This document shows positions 1 to 9,803 of a stretch of 33,072 nt of DNA, one piece after another. Every line of letters starts with the position of its first letter. Position 1 is the stretch's first letter. Source of the DNA: Thermoproteota archaeon (lineage in GTDB: Archaea; Asgardarchaeota; Jordiarchaeia; Jordiarchaeales; Freyrarchaeaceae); assembly GCA_029258835.1 (NCBI GenBank), contig JAPDJY010000088.1:1-33072 (forward strand). The letters run 5' to 3'. The notes beneath the pieces were generated by a model. The model worked only from the letters and a program-made list of their open reading frames with translations. It was not told the DNA's origin and searched no databases. Made by a program: the position numbers and the translations under genes.

Positions 1-128
1 CTGACGGCTTCCCGACGGCCCCCGGCTCCACCACCATGACCGCTAAACCCGGACAGGGCGTAGAGTGCCGATCCGAGGCAGCCGCCAGCATCCGGCTCCA
101 TCCACATTGAGAGTTCAAGATTTGCCCG

Positions 129-152
129 ATGGGGTTTCAAAAGTACAATTGA
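129..152 (+). CDS. rps14: C-terminal fragment (putative 3' exon) of 30S ribosomal protein S14 (uS14): MGFQKYN*
   Basis: ATG GGG TTT CAA AAG TAC AAT TGA matches the uS14 C-terminus (xGFxKY) and sits directly upstream of S8, its usual position. The expected CRQCFRE segment is absent upstream and an in-frame TGA lies at 108-110. Confidence 0.6.
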   Translation: MGFQKYN

Positions 153-168
153 AAGGGGAGGTTAAAGG

Positions 169-558
169 TTGCTTCTGGATCCGCTGGCAGATGCACTTTC
201 AAACATTTTAAACAATGAAAGAGTTGGCAAGAAGGAGGTAATAATAAACATTGCATCAAGGCTTGTGGGCAACGTGCTCCACGTCATGCAGAAATATGGC
301 TACATAGGGGAATTCGAGCACATAGACGATGGGAGAGCGGGAAAGTTTCGTGTTCAACTCTTAGGTAGAATAAATAGGTGCGGCGTAATTAAGCCCCGTT
401 TCCCCGTAAAGTTCAAAGAGATAGACGAAGCAGAAAGGAAATATCTTCCTGGACAGGGTATAGGGATCCTTATTTTAACCACACCCGAAGGCGTAATGTC
501 CCATTATGAAGCGAAAGAGAAGAGGATTGGCGGACGGTTACTAGCTTTCGTGTATTAG
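169..558 (+). CDS. rps8: 30S ribosomal protein S8 (uS8)
   Basis: [25 protein letters not shown] and GGRLLAFVY motifs; GGAGG Shine-Dalgarno before the TTG start. Confidence 0.97.
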   Translation: MLLDPLADALSNILNNERVGKKEVIINIASRLVGNVLHVMQKYGYIGEFEHIDDGRAGKFRVQLLGRINRCGVIKPRFPVKFKEIDEAERKYLPGQGIGILILTTPEGVMSHYEAKEKRIGGRLLAFVY

Positions 559-593
559 CTCCCTTTTTCCGCAAATGCTTCTTTCACACCAGT

Positions 594-1184
594 TTAAATG
601 ATCTTCCAGACCAGCTGGTCTCCGACATACTTCCTATAAACATATATTCCATCCTGGAAGACTCGGGGGTCCTTCTCTTTAATCTTTGTTGCTTGCTGAA
701 TGTTTGCGGCACTCTGCCCGACAGCTTCGACATCCGTACCCGTTAGAATCACGTCATCCTTCTCTACTTTAACGTTTACACCTGGAAGGATCTTTGCCTT
801 CCTAGGACTTTTCTCTCCTAAGAAGTTTTCAATTACAAGTTCACCCTGCTCTGGAATAAACTTCACGCTAATGGGGAAGTGTGCATATGCTATTTTCATA
901 ACGTACTTGTATCCTTTGGTGACGCCTGCGATCATGTTCCTAACATGGCTTCTCACGCTTCCAAGAACAGCTAACTGCTTCTTTTTAGGATAGTATGTTT
1001 CCAGAATTATTTTTCCATCAGTCATCTTTATTGATATGTCTCTTGCATGGGAGAAGTCTTTCTGCACGCTCCCTAGAGGACCTTTGACCTCCACCCGTTT
1101 ACCCTCTATTTTGACTTCAACGTCACTTGGCACATTGACCTCTAACTTCGCGTGGACGGTTTTAACCATCACCGTTTCCTCCAT
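594..1184 (-). CDS. rpl6: 50S ribosomal protein L6 (uL6), inverted relative to the operon
   Basis: VKGPLG, YAHFPI, NFLGEK and DPRVFQDGIY motifs of archaeal uL6. The start could be the ATG 5 codons in. Confidence 0.96.
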   Translation of the reverse strand: MEETVMVKTVHAKLEVNVPSDVEVKIEGKRVEVKGPLGSVQKDFSHARDISIKMTDGKIILETYYPKKKQLAVLGSVRSHVRNMIAGVTKGYKYVMKIAYAHFPISVKFIPEQGELVIENFLGEKSPRKAKILPGVNVKVEKDDVILTGTDVEAVGQSAANIQQATKIKEKDPRVFQDGIYVYRKYVGDQLVWKII

Positions 1185-1267
1185 GAGAGGCGTTGGAAGC
1201 CTCCTTAGGATGGAAAATGGGAGGAGGTTTAAATTTATTTCGCAGCCGAGATTTGGGCGTAAAGATT

Positions 1268-1876
1268 TTACTTTTTAAGCCGCTCACTCCACTCCTCTAG
1301 TTTTTTCATTATCTCCTCCGCTGATTTAACGTCTAACTTAGCACCTCCACTAGACTTCAATTGTTTTATAAGTTGTGTCATCTCATAGAAGACAGGACTC
1401 ATAGGGTATTTTGACTGCAGCTGATCTCTTGCGTCCTCTAAGGCGTGTCCTATCTCCTCTGCAGGTCTGCCTCCCTCAAGTTTCTCCACGACTGTGGAGA
1501 AGGCCGGAGAGACCCTCACGCCAAAGCTTCTAACCATGAGAGGCTCTCCAGCGGCGGGTAGGACTTGCCTTTGGGTGACGCTCTCCGTCGAGGCAACTTG
1601 CAAGGGTGCGCCTCCAGCAGCACTTTCAATTTTGCCTGAAATCCGCTCCTCGAGGCTTTTTATGTTCTGCTGCATACTTTCTTGGAAGCTTGAAAGAGAG
1701 TCGCTTAACGCCCTAATCGCTTGAAGCGTGAGGTTTAAGCTGTTCTGAAGGTTTGCCATCGCGCTTTTAACATCGTTAAATACGTTGAATATGGCTTTTG
1801 AGAAATCATCAAGGATCGTTTTAACGGCTAGGATTTCTTCTAGGACTTTTTCGAAACCTTTGTTTTTTCCCTCCAA
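1268..1876 (-). CDS. Hypothetical protein: N-terminal coiled coil, linker, C-terminal helical domain
   Basis: 202-aa ORF with heptad-like helical N-terminus and natural composition; divergent from the next gene across an AT-rich spacer. Confidence 0.75.
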   Translation of the reverse strand: MEGKNKGFEKVLEEILAVKTILDDFSKAIFNVFNDVKSAMANLQNSLNLTLQAIRALSDSLSSFQESMQQNIKSLEERISGKIESAAGGAPLQVASTESVTQRQVLPAAGEPLMVRSFGVRVSPAFSTVVEKLEGGRPAEEIGHALEDARDQLQSKYPMSPVFYEMTQLIKQLKSSGGAKLDVKSAEEIMKKLEEWSERLKK

Positions 1877-2008
1877 AAAGGCGCCCCCTCATTTTAAATT
1901 AACGTTAAATAAGAATTTAGTTTTAGGTATGTCAAATACTTTTCTATTTTGCAGAACGGGGGACTGATGCTTGAGTAGAAAGCCTTGCTTCGGAGGTTGC
2001 CGAGAATA

Positions 2009-3859
2009 ATGTTCAACGAGGAAATCACCGTCGTTTTCGAACCGGAGGGAATGAAAGTTAAGGCTGTGAAAGGGGAGACGATACTGTCTATTGCGAGAGA
2101 AGCTGGGGGAGCCATAAGGTCCGAGTGTGGAGGACGAGGCATATGTGGACAGTGCAAAGTAATCGTTAGAGATCGAGAACATGTGAATTCCATATCTTCC
2201 CTTGAGAAGAAGCATCTTTCACCTCAAGAAATTTCAGCAGGTTATCGACTTGCATGCCAAACGGTGGCGTTAGGCGATTTGGTTATCGAAATACCGAGGG
2301 AGAGCCGTGTTAGGGAAAGGAAGATCCAGGTTTCAGGTGTTTGGCGTGAAGCCCGGTTAAAACCGCTAGTTAAAAAGGTTTTTGTTAAGCTGCCGCGTCC
2401 CACGCTTTCAGACACCACACCTGACCTAGAGAGGCTGGTTGAAGCATTAGCGGGCCTTCAAAACCTCGATAATGTTGTAGTTGATTATGACGTTTTAAGA
2501 GAGTTGCCGGCTCGTCTTAGGGAGGGAGGGTGGGCGGTCACTGTTGCGCTTTGGGGGGGAAGGGAGGTAATTGCCGTTGAAGCGGGAGATACTACTGGTG
2601 AAATTTACGGTATAGCGTTAGATGTTGGTAGCTCAAAGCTTGTAGTTCACCTAGTCGACTTAAAAACTGGAAAGCTGGTTGGTGTTGCCTCCTCCGAGAA
2701 CCCTCAAATATCGTATGGAGAAGACGTGATCTCGAGAATTACATTTGCAATCACCAACGAAAACGGGCGAGAACAACTTCAGAGAGTCGTAATTGAAAGG
2801 GTTAGTGAGCTAATAACGCGGGTTTGCAGTGAAAATATGGTTTCAGCCTCCAATGTTTACGAGTTAGTCGCTGTGGGGAACACTGCGATGCATCATTTCT
2901 TTCTAGGCATACAGCCAAGGTATCTTGCTAACTCCCCGTACGTCCCAGGGGTTAAAGGAGGCGTCCAGGTTAAAGCTAAAAATTTGGGGTTGAAGGTTAA
3001 CCCCAATATGAAAGTGTATTTTCTCCCGGTGATTGCCGGCTTCGTTGGTGCAGATGCTGTAGGCTGCATTCTTTCTACAGGCATACATGAATCTGAGGAA
3101 GCCTCCATGCTAATAGACATTGGAACTAATACTGAGGTTATTCTTGGGAATAGAGAAGAGCTTTACGCTTGCTCTTGTGCTTCTGGACCAGCCTTTGAGG
3201 GAGCGCACATAAAACATGGCATGAAAGCGGTTTCAGGGGCAATAGAAGCAGTCCAAATAAAAGGCTCTGAAGTTAAGTTTAAAACGATAGGAGACAGTAA
3301 ACCCGTTGGGATTTGTGGGTCAGGAATAATCGATGCATTAGCTGAAATGCTTAAGGAAAAAATCATAGATTACAAGGGACGTTTCAGAGGGTTCAATAAC
3401 CCCCGCATGTTAAAAAGCAACGGAGAGGAATGCTTTGTTATAGCCTGGGAGGGCGAAACAGAGACGGAGAAGAGAATTGTTATTACGCAGAGGGACATCA
3501 GAGAGATTCAACTGGCGAAAGCAGCCATCCAAACCGGATGGCTAACGTTGCTCAGGAAAAGAGGTATGCAAGTAGACGAACTCGACCAGTTACTGGTTGC
3601 AGGTGCTTTTGGAAACTATATTAATCCTGATAGTGCAAGGAGAATAGGCCTTTTCCCGGGCATTTCATCAAAGAAAATAAGGTTCGTCGGCAACGCCGCG
3701 ATAATGGGTGCAAGAATGTGCCTTATTTCGGCGGAGAAGAGGAAGGAAGCCGAAAAGATAGCTAAAAAAGTTAATTATGTTGAGCTGGCGGCTGAGCCAA
3801 ACTTTCACAGGACATTTGCCAGTTCAATGTACTTGCCCTACAGGGAGATTTCCCTTTAG
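2009..3859 (+). CDS. 2Fe-2S/ASKHA ATPase, reductive activator of corrinoid proteins (RACo/RamA-like, DUF4445)
   Basis: N-terminal CGGRGICGQC...RLACQ ferredoxin; DVGSSK, DIGTNTE, GPAFEG, GICGSG, DIREIQLAKAA and AGAFG motifs. Confidence 0.92.
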   Translation: MFNEEITVVFEPEGMKVKAVKGETILSIAREAGGAIRSECGGRGICGQCKVIVRDREHVNSISSLEKKHLSPQEISAGYRLACQTVALGDLVIEIPRESRVRERKIQVSGVWREARLKPLVKKVFVKLPRPTLSDTTPDLERLVEALAGLQNLDNVVVDYDVLRELPARLREGGWAVTVALWGGREVIAVEAGDTTGEIYGIALDVGSSKLVVHLVDLKTGKLVGVASSENPQISYGEDVISRITFAITNENGREQLQRVVIERVSELITRVCSENMVSASNVYELVAVGNTAMHHFFLGIQPRYLANSPYVPGVKGGVQVKAKNLGLKVNPNMKVYFLPVIAGFVGADAVGCILSTGIHESEEASMLIDIGTNTEVILGNREELYACSCASGPAFEGAHIKHGMKAVSGAIEAVQIKGSEVKFKTIGDSKPVGICGSGIIDALAEMLKEKIIDYKGRFRGFNNPRMLKSNGEECFVIAWEGETETEKRIVITQRDIREIQLAKAAIQTGWLTLLRKRGMQVDELDQLLVAGAFGNYINPDSARRIGLFPGISSKKIRFVGNAAIMGARMCLISAEKRKEAEKIAKKVNYVELAAEPNFHRTFASSMYLPYREISL

Positions 3860-3912
3860 GCCTACCGAGACGCTCTTAAAAAAAACCGAGAATTGGAGCT
3901 TTACTCTTGATT

Positions 3913-3927
3913 GAAAAAGTTTAAATT
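3913..3927 (+). promoter_or_regulatory. Putative BRE/TATA promoter for the rpl32e-cbf5 run
   Basis: GAAAAAG followed by TTTAAATT in an AT-rich intergenic region. Confidence 0.4.
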
Positions 3928-4051
3928 ACATGTTTATTTGAATGATGCTTAAAGGATTCTTCGTTAAAAAAAATCGTAACATTTTTTAACCGCCCTTCTT
4001 ACTGGGTAAGAAACCTGAAATGGACTCAAGAATTCATAGGATGGGGACGCT

Positions 4052-4711
4052 TTGAGCGAAAAGAGACTCTTAGCGCTCAGGAAGAGGCTAAAGGCCAGAA
4101 AGCCAGAGTTCATACGGTGTGAGAGTTGGCGGTATGTAAGGGTGAAGAGTAGCTGGAGAAGGCCGAAGGGTATCGATAATAAGATGCGGGAGAAGCGTAA
4201 AGGATGGCCAAAAAGCCCTAACGTGGGATACCGTGCACCTAAGAAGGTTAGAGGATTACATCCCTCAGGCTTCCAGGAAGTTATCGTCTATAGGGTTGAG
4301 GATTTAGAGCCGTTAAACCCTGAAGAGCACGCCGTCAGAATAGCTGGCTCTGTTGGAAACAAAAAGGCATTGGAGATCATGGATAAGGCCGAAGAAAAGG
4401 GACTTTGGATCCTTAATCCTCGCGTGGTTAAGGAGGAAGTTGAGGAGGAACTTGTTAAAGAGGAAGAGGTCATAGAGGCAGCAGACCTTGAAGAAGTTGT
4501 AGAGGAAGAGGAAGGGGTTCGGTTAACAGAGGTTGAATGGATTGACGGGGAAAGCGCTAAAAAGCTGGAGGAGGTTGGAGTATTTACCCTTAAAGCACTG
4601 GCTGAGGAGGAGGACTTAAAGGAGTTATCAGAGATAACAGAGATCCCCTTGGAGAAGCTTGAAGAATGGGTTAGCAAGGCTAGGGAGATGCTTAAGGAGG
4701 GTGAAACGTGA
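4052..4711 (+). CDS. rpl32e: 50S ribosomal protein L32e with acidic linker and C-terminal helix-hairpin-helix-like extension
   Basis: WRRPKGIDNKMR and RGLHPSG motifs, plus ~95 extra C-terminal residues. Confidence 0.95.
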   Translation: MSEKRLLALRKRLKARKPEFIRCESWRYVRVKSSWRRPKGIDNKMREKRKGWPKSPNVGYRAPKKVRGLHPSGFQEVIVYRVEDLEPLNPEEHAVRIAGSVGNKKALEIMDKAEEKGLWILNPRVVKEEVEEELVKEEEVIEAADLEEVVEEEEGVRLTEVEWIDGESAKKLEEVGVFTLKALAEEEDLKELSEITEIPLEKLEEWVSKAREMLKEGET

Positions 4712-5157
4712 ACCTATCGGTTCAGAGGAGGATCGCCGCGGAGATACTTAAAGTCGGCGAGAGCAGGGTTTGGTTTGACCCAGAACGCATAGAAGACATT
4801 TCAACGGCGGTTACACGTGAAGATGTGCGTAGCCTGATAAAGCAGGGAGCAATAAAGGCGAAGCCTAAGGTCGGAGTGAGCAGAGCTCGGGCAAGAAGGC
4901 TGCACGAGAAGAAGCGTAGAGGGCAACGCAGAGGGCCAGGTAGCAGGAAGGGTGCTGCTACAGCCAGGATGCCAAGAAAGGAAAAGTGGATGATGAAAAT
5001 TAGAGCAATAAGAAAGTTTCTTAAGCGCCTCAGGGCACGACGGATAATCACCCAGAGTACATACAGGAAACTTTACAGGATGGCGAAGGGAGGCGCTTTT
5101 GGAAGCGTTGCGTACCTAAAGAGCTACATAAGGGAGAGGAAGCTTGCGAGACGGTGA
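4708..5157 (+). CDS. rpl19e: 50S ribosomal protein L19e
   Basis: QRRIAAEILKVGESRVWFDP, GPGSRKG and YRKLYRMAKGG motifs. Confidence 0.97.
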   Translation: MNLSVQRRIAAEILKVGESRVWFDPERIEDISTAVTREDVRSLIKQGAIKAKPKVGVSRARARRLHEKKRRGQRRGPGSRKGAATARMPRKEKWMMKIRAIRKFLKRLRARRIITQSTYRKLYRMAKGGAFGSVAYLKSYIRERKLARR

Positions 5158-5179
5158 AAACTGAGAGGGTGTCGTGAAA

Positions 5180-5779
5180 ATGGCGAGAGGCGCTCGGTAC
5201 AGGGTTCCCTTTAGACGGAGACGGGAGGGAAAAACGAACTACAGGCTTAGGAGGAAGCTCATTCTCTCAAAACTTCCGAGAGTCGTGGTTCGTGGAAGCT
5301 TAAACAACATTACCGTACAGTTGATTGAGCCGTCATTCGGAGGGGATAAAGTACTCTTTTCTGCCCATTCAAGGGAGCTGGTGAAAAAGTACGGGTGGAA
5401 GGGTCATTGTGGGAACCTTCCGGCAGCGTACTTAACGGGACTTCTACTTGCCTTAAAAGCTAAAGGGAAGGTTAAACGTGCAGTGTTAGACATAGGGTTA
5501 CATACCCCGGTGAGGGGGAGTAGGGTCTTCGCCGCGTTGAAAGGGGTACTTGACGGAGGACTAGACGTTCCACACGGTGAAGAGATACTTCCTTCCGAGG
5601 AGCGCATATCAGGAGGTCACATAGCGAAATACGCACGCTACCTCTTAGAGCTAGATCCTACAATCTACGCGAGGCAATTCTCAGCGCAGATAAAAAGAGG
5701 AGTAAGACCTGAAGATATGCCTAAGCATTTTAATGAGGTGAAAAAGGCAATTCTTGAAGATCTGGGAGGTAAACGTTGA
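5180..5779 (+). CDS. rpl18: 50S ribosomal protein L18 (uL18)
   Basis: [19 protein letters not shown] and LDIGL motifs. Confidence 0.97.
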   Translation: MARGARYRVPFRRRREGKTNYRLRRKLILSKLPRVVVRGSLNNITVQLIEPSFGGDKVLFSAHSRELVKKYGWKGHCGNLPAAYLTGLLLALKAKGKVKRAVLDIGLHTPVRGSRVFAALKGVLDGGLDVPHGEEILPSEERISGGHIAKYARYLLELDPTIYARQFSAQIKRGVRPEDMPKHFNEVKKAILEDLGGKR

Positions 5780-6405
5780 TGGCGTTAGATGAGCTTGAAG
5801 AGTGGAAGCCAAAGACGGAGCTAGGAAGGCTTGTTAAGGAAGGTTACATCACAAGTATAGATGAGATTTTCGCTCAGGGACTTAGAATAATGGAGCCGCA
5901 AATAATCGATCTTCTCCTACCAGACTTAGAAGATGAGGTTGTTGGAATAAATCTTGTCCAGAAACAGACAGATGCTGGCGAAAGAACACGGTTTAAAGCC
6001 CTCGTAGCCGTCGGAAACAAGAAAGGATATATTGGACTTGGAAGCGCTAAGGCGGCGGAAATAGGACCAGCCATCAGGAAGGCGGTGGTGAATGCTAAAA
6101 TGGCTGTGACGCCTATCAGGTTGGCTTGTGGGAGCTGGGAGTGCGGCTGCGGTGCACCGCACACGGTCCCATTTAAAGTTTTAGGGAAAGCGGGAAGTGT
6201 GCGGGTAACACTGATACCCGCACCTCGAGGACTTGGCTTAGTCGCGTCGGATGTTGCTAAGATAATTTTAAGGTTGGCCGGCGTGAAAGATGTATGGTCC
6301 TTCTCGAAGGGACATACTAAAACTACTTTAAATCTTGCGTATGCGACGTTTAACGCTCTCAAACAGACAATGAAAACTTTAATTCCATCCGACTGGGGGC
6401 GGTGA
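5779..6405 (+). CDS. rps5: 30S ribosomal protein S5 (uS5)
   Basis: WKPKTELG, QKQTDAGERTRF, CGSWEC and PAPRGLGL motifs. Confidence 0.97.
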   Translation: MALDELEEWKPKTELGRLVKEGYITSIDEIFAQGLRIMEPQIIDLLLPDLEDEVVGINLVQKQTDAGERTRFKALVAVGNKKGYIGLGSAKAAEIGPAIRKAVVNAKMAVTPIRLACGSWECGCGAPHTVPFKVLGKAGSVRVTLIPAPRGLGLVASDVAKIILRLAGVKDVWSFSKGHTKTTLNLAYATFNALKQTMKTLIPSDWGR

Positions 6406-6409
6406 AGCG

Positions 6410-6892
6410 TTGAGCAGTAACAACAGGATCCTTGCCGTGGTAAGAATAAGAGGAGACGTAGGTGTTAGAAGGGAAATACGTGACACCTTAAAGATGTTAA
6501 GGCTGCACAGGGTTCATCATGCAGTGCTGGTGCCGGATGTGCCAAGTTATAGAGGAATGCTTCAGAAGGCAAAGGACTACATCACTTGGGGTGAGATAGA
6601 CTCTGAAACGCTAAGCATCCTTCTTGAAAGAAGGGGCAGGCTTGAAGGAGGTAAGAGGCTAACCAACGAGTTCCTTAAAGAAAATACAAGGTTTAACTCG
6701 GTGAGGGAGCTCGCCGATAAAATCCTTAAAGGTGAGGCGAAAATAAGCGATGTCCCCAAACTTAAGCCGGTGTTTAGACTACACCCTCCAAAAGGCGGCT
6801 ATAAAAGAGGGACAAAGAGGCCTTACAACGACGGAGGCGAACTCGGTTATCGCGGAGCAGCAATAAACGAGTTAATAAGAAGGATGGCATAA
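6410..6892 (+). CDS. rpl30: 50S ribosomal protein L30 (uL30, archaeal long form)
   Basis: VVRIRG, KDYITWGE, FRLHPPKGG and GELGYRG motifs. Confidence 0.96.
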   Translation: MSSNNRILAVVRIRGDVGVRREIRDTLKMLRLHRVHHAVLVPDVPSYRGMLQKAKDYITWGEIDSETLSILLERRGRLEGGKRLTNEFLKENTRFNSVRELADKILKGEAKISDVPKLKPVFRLHPPKGGYKRGTKRPYNDGGELGYRGAAINELIRRMA

Positions 6893-6993
6893 CAGGGTAA
6901 GACTCGGCTTTAATCTTGTTGAACCGTTAGAAACAAAAATTATAAATTTAGTTTATGTTCCTTTGAGCCTTAAAAGCAGGATGGTGCGGGCAA

Positions 6994-7416
6994 TTGATTA
7001 GAAGGAAAAGAAAAGTGCGTAAAATGCGTGGTAGTAGAACGCATGGGTATGGCAGGGTTGGGCAGCACCGTGGAGGAGGACAACGTGGAGGAAAAGGAGG
7101 AGCCGGAAAACATAAACACTTATGGATCTGGGTTTTAAAATATGACCGAGAATACTTTGGAAAGCACGGTTTTAAAAGGCACGGTGTGACAAGGGACGTT
7201 GCAACGCTAAATGTAGGGGGGCTTGACGAGAACGTAAGCCTCCTTAAATCGGGAGAGGAGAAGGGTGTACCGATTATAGATTTGACCAGCTTGGGATATG
7301 TGAAGGTTTTAGGATCAGGCAAGGTTACAAGGCCACTAATAGTAAAAGCAACCGAATTCACCGAGTTGGCTATTAGAAAAATTGAGGAGGCAGGTGGAAA
7401 AGCAATAAAAGTTTAA
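6994..7416 (+). CDS. rpl15: 50S ribosomal protein L15 (uL15)
   Basis: [22 protein letters not shown] and KIEEAGG motifs. Confidence 0.97.
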   Translation: MIRRKRKVRKMRGSRTHGYGRVGQHRGGGQRGGKGGAGKHKHLWIWVLKYDREYFGKHGFKRHGVTRDVATLNVGGLDENVSLLKSGEEKGVPIIDLTSLGYVKVLGSGKVTRPLIVKATEFTELAIRKIEEAGGKAIKV

Positions 7417-7511
7417 AGACCGCAAAAATAGGGTGATTTAACGGGAAGAAGGCCGATGCTCAGGTTGGAAATTGCTTAGGTGGGCAATTTCACAATTCTT
7501 GGGGGCTTTCT

Positions 7512-9167
7512 ATGGCCGGTACCTTCCTAAACATCTTCAGACCGTTCATTCGCTTCATGCCGGAAGTTAAAGCCCCGGATCGTAGGGTTAGCTTCAGAGA
7601 GAAGCTCGTTTGGACCGGTGTCGTTTTGATCCTCTACCTTATAATGGCGAACATCCCACTCTACGGAATACCTAGAGGGCAAGGGTTTGACTACCTGTAT
7701 TTCCTTAGGGTTATTCTGGCGTCTTCTAGAGGAACCTTAATGGAGTTGGGTATAGGACCCATAGTTACCGCGGGACTTGTCATGCAGTTGCTTGCTGGAT
7801 CAAAACTTATCGACGTAGACTTGTCGAACCCTGAAGATAGGTCGCTGTTCACCGGAGCACAGAAGGTTCTCGCTGTGCTGATGACCATGGTGGAGGCCGG
7901 CGTCTACATATTCGCTAAGGCATATGGCGACCTAACCATCTACCAAGCAGCTTTAGTGTTCCTGCAGTTAACCACGGCAGGGATCGTCTTGATACTTATG
8001 GATGAAATGCTTCAGAAAGGCTGGGGACTAGGGAGTGGGGTCAGCCTTTTTATAGCTGCTAACGTAGCAGGACAAATACTCTGGCTTTCCCTAAACCCTA
8101 ATACGAGCCCATACGACTACCTTGGCGTGGGGGCCTTAGTGGCACTAGTACAAGTTTTAACCTTTCCTTACTGGCCAGCAGCCTCCATGTTCCTTCAAGT
8201 TTTATATTCCTACCCACCTGACCAAAGACTTAGTGTTGAGTGTTTAACGTCGGCGACGCAGGCCGCATCATACATGCTCTACTACATGGCATTTTACCCT
8301 TATACGGGGGTCTACTACGTTTTTTTCAGGTCTCATAATCAACCCAGCATGATGGGGGTTATAGGTACAATCATCGTTTTTCTTGTAGTAGTTTACGTAG
8401 AGTCTGTTAGGGTTGAAATCCCTCTCCAGTACGCACGTTTTAGAGGGTTCCGAGGGAGATACCCGATAAAGTTTCTTTACACATCTAATATACCGGTTAT
8501 CCTCGCACAAGCAGTGATCGCTAACATCTTATTGGTTTCACAGGTTTTATGGTCGAATGTTGGGTATGTCCCCTTCTCGCAGCTTATCCCGCTCTTAGGA
8601 GCAATCTGGCCGGACATCGACGTTACCCAGCTCCAACCACTAGCGAGCTTAGGGTGGAACTATAACTCCTTGGTTAACATAATAGGACAGTTTATTCCCT
8701 CAACACCGAACATGAGCCAGCTTACTCCGGTAGGCGGAATCGCCTACTACTTCTCAACTCCCTACGGCTTAGATAACGTCTTTAAGGATCCGGGGCGGGC
8801 ACTCATATACCTCATCATATTTTCAACTTTGTGTGCGGCTCTTTCATATATTTGGATAGACGTGTCGGGAATGGCTCCAAGAGATGTGGCTAACCAGCTT
8901 ATCATGGCTGGAATGCAGGTTCCAGGATTCAGGAGGTCGCCTAAAATAGTTGAGAGGCTTCTCGAAAGGTATATTCCTCCCGTTACGATCCTTGGCGGCT
9001 TCGCCGTAGGGTTACTGGCTGCGTTTGCTGATTTTCTTGGTGCATTAGGAACGGGGACGGGGGTTCTGCTAACCGTAGGAATAATATATAACTATTATGA
9101 GTTAATTGCAAGGGAACAGCTTGCCTCAATAAGCCCTGCAATACGCGGCTTACTCGGGCTAGAGTAG
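7512..9167 (+). CDS. secY: Preprotein translocase SecY/Sec61alpha with expanded loops
   Basis: GTLMELGIGPIVTAG, KGWGLGSGVSLFI, YPIKFLYTSNIP and GTGTGVLL motifs. Confidence 0.97.
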   Translation: MAGTFLNIFRPFIRFMPEVKAPDRRVSFREKLVWTGVVLILYLIMANIPLYGIPRGQGFDYLYFLRVILASSRGTLMELGIGPIVTAGLVMQLLAGSKLIDVDLSNPEDRSLFTGAQKVLAVLMTMVEAGVYIFAKAYGDLTIYQAALVFLQLTTAGIVLILMDEMLQKGWGLGSGVSLFIAANVAGQILWLSLNPNTSPYDYLGVGALVALVQVLTFPYWPAASMFLQVLYSYPPDQRLSVECLTSATQAASYMLYYMAFYPYTGVYYVFFRSHNQPSMMGVIGTIIVFLVVVYVESVRVEIPLQYARFRGFRGRYPIKFLYTSNIPVILAQAVIANILLVSQVLWSNVGYVPFSQLIPLLGAIWPDIDVTQLQPLASLGWNYNSLVNIIGQFIPSTPNMSQLTPVGGIAYYFSTPYGLDNVFKDPGRALIYLIIFSTLCAALSYIWIDVSGMAPRDVANQLIMAGMQVPGFRRSPKIVERLLERYIPPVTILGGFAVGLLAAFADFLGALGTGTGVLLTVGIIYNYYELIAREQLASISPAIRGLLGLE

Positions 9168-9178
9168 GAGGGTTAAAC

Positions 9179-9778
9179 TTGAGCGAGGAAGGATTTGTAA
9201 TAGTTATCACCGGAATACCAGGAGTGGGGAAAACCACGGTTATTGATGCGGCGATGGAAGCGGCAAAGAGAGAAAACATGAACGTCACTTTAATGAATTA
9301 TGGGACGGTCATGTTTGAAATAGCTAAGGCTGAGGGACTAGTTGAAAACAGAGACCAAATGAGGAGGCTGCCATCACACGTGCAGAGGAGAATCCAAAGG
9401 CTTGCGGCACGTAGGATATCTGAGAATGCTAAGGGGCACGTAGTGCTGGTTGACACTCACATGTTAATTCGTACACCGGAGGGGTTCCTCCCCGGAATCC
9501 CAGCATGGGTCGCCGAAGAGTTGAAGCCCAACGTATTAGTGCTTGTCGAGGCGGAACCAGAAGAAATAGCCCGTAGAAGGAAGAAGGACGAAACAAGGGA
9601 AAGAGATGTACAGTCCATCGAGGAAATACAGACGCACCAAGAAATGTGCAGGTCTGCTGCAGCGGCATGCGCAGCCTTAACCGGGGCCACGATCGTGGTT
9701 ATCCCTAATCATGACGGACGCGCCCACGAGGCGGCTGAACAAGTGTTCAAACTATTCAGGACGTTAAAGGAAAGCTAA
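9179..9778 (+). CDS. adk: Archaeal adenylate kinase
   Basis: GIPGVGKTT P-loop, NYGTVM and DTH motifs; follows secY. Confidence 0.95.
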   Translation: MSEEGFVIVITGIPGVGKTTVIDAAMEAAKRENMNVTLMNYGTVMFEIAKAEGLVENRDQMRRLPSHVQRRIQRLAARRISENAKGHVVLVDTHMLIRTPEGFLPGIPAWVAEELKPNVLVLVEAEPEEIARRRKKDETRERDVQSIEEIQTHQEMCRSAAAACAALTGATIVVIPNHDGRAHEAAEQVFKLFRTLKES

Positions 9779-9803
9779 GGTAGGCGGAAAGGAGGTTCTG
9801 GAC

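Noticed and set aside
8090-8790. SecY loop inserts as in-frame introns
   Set aside because: They are open, protein-like and I saw no flanking BHB pairing.
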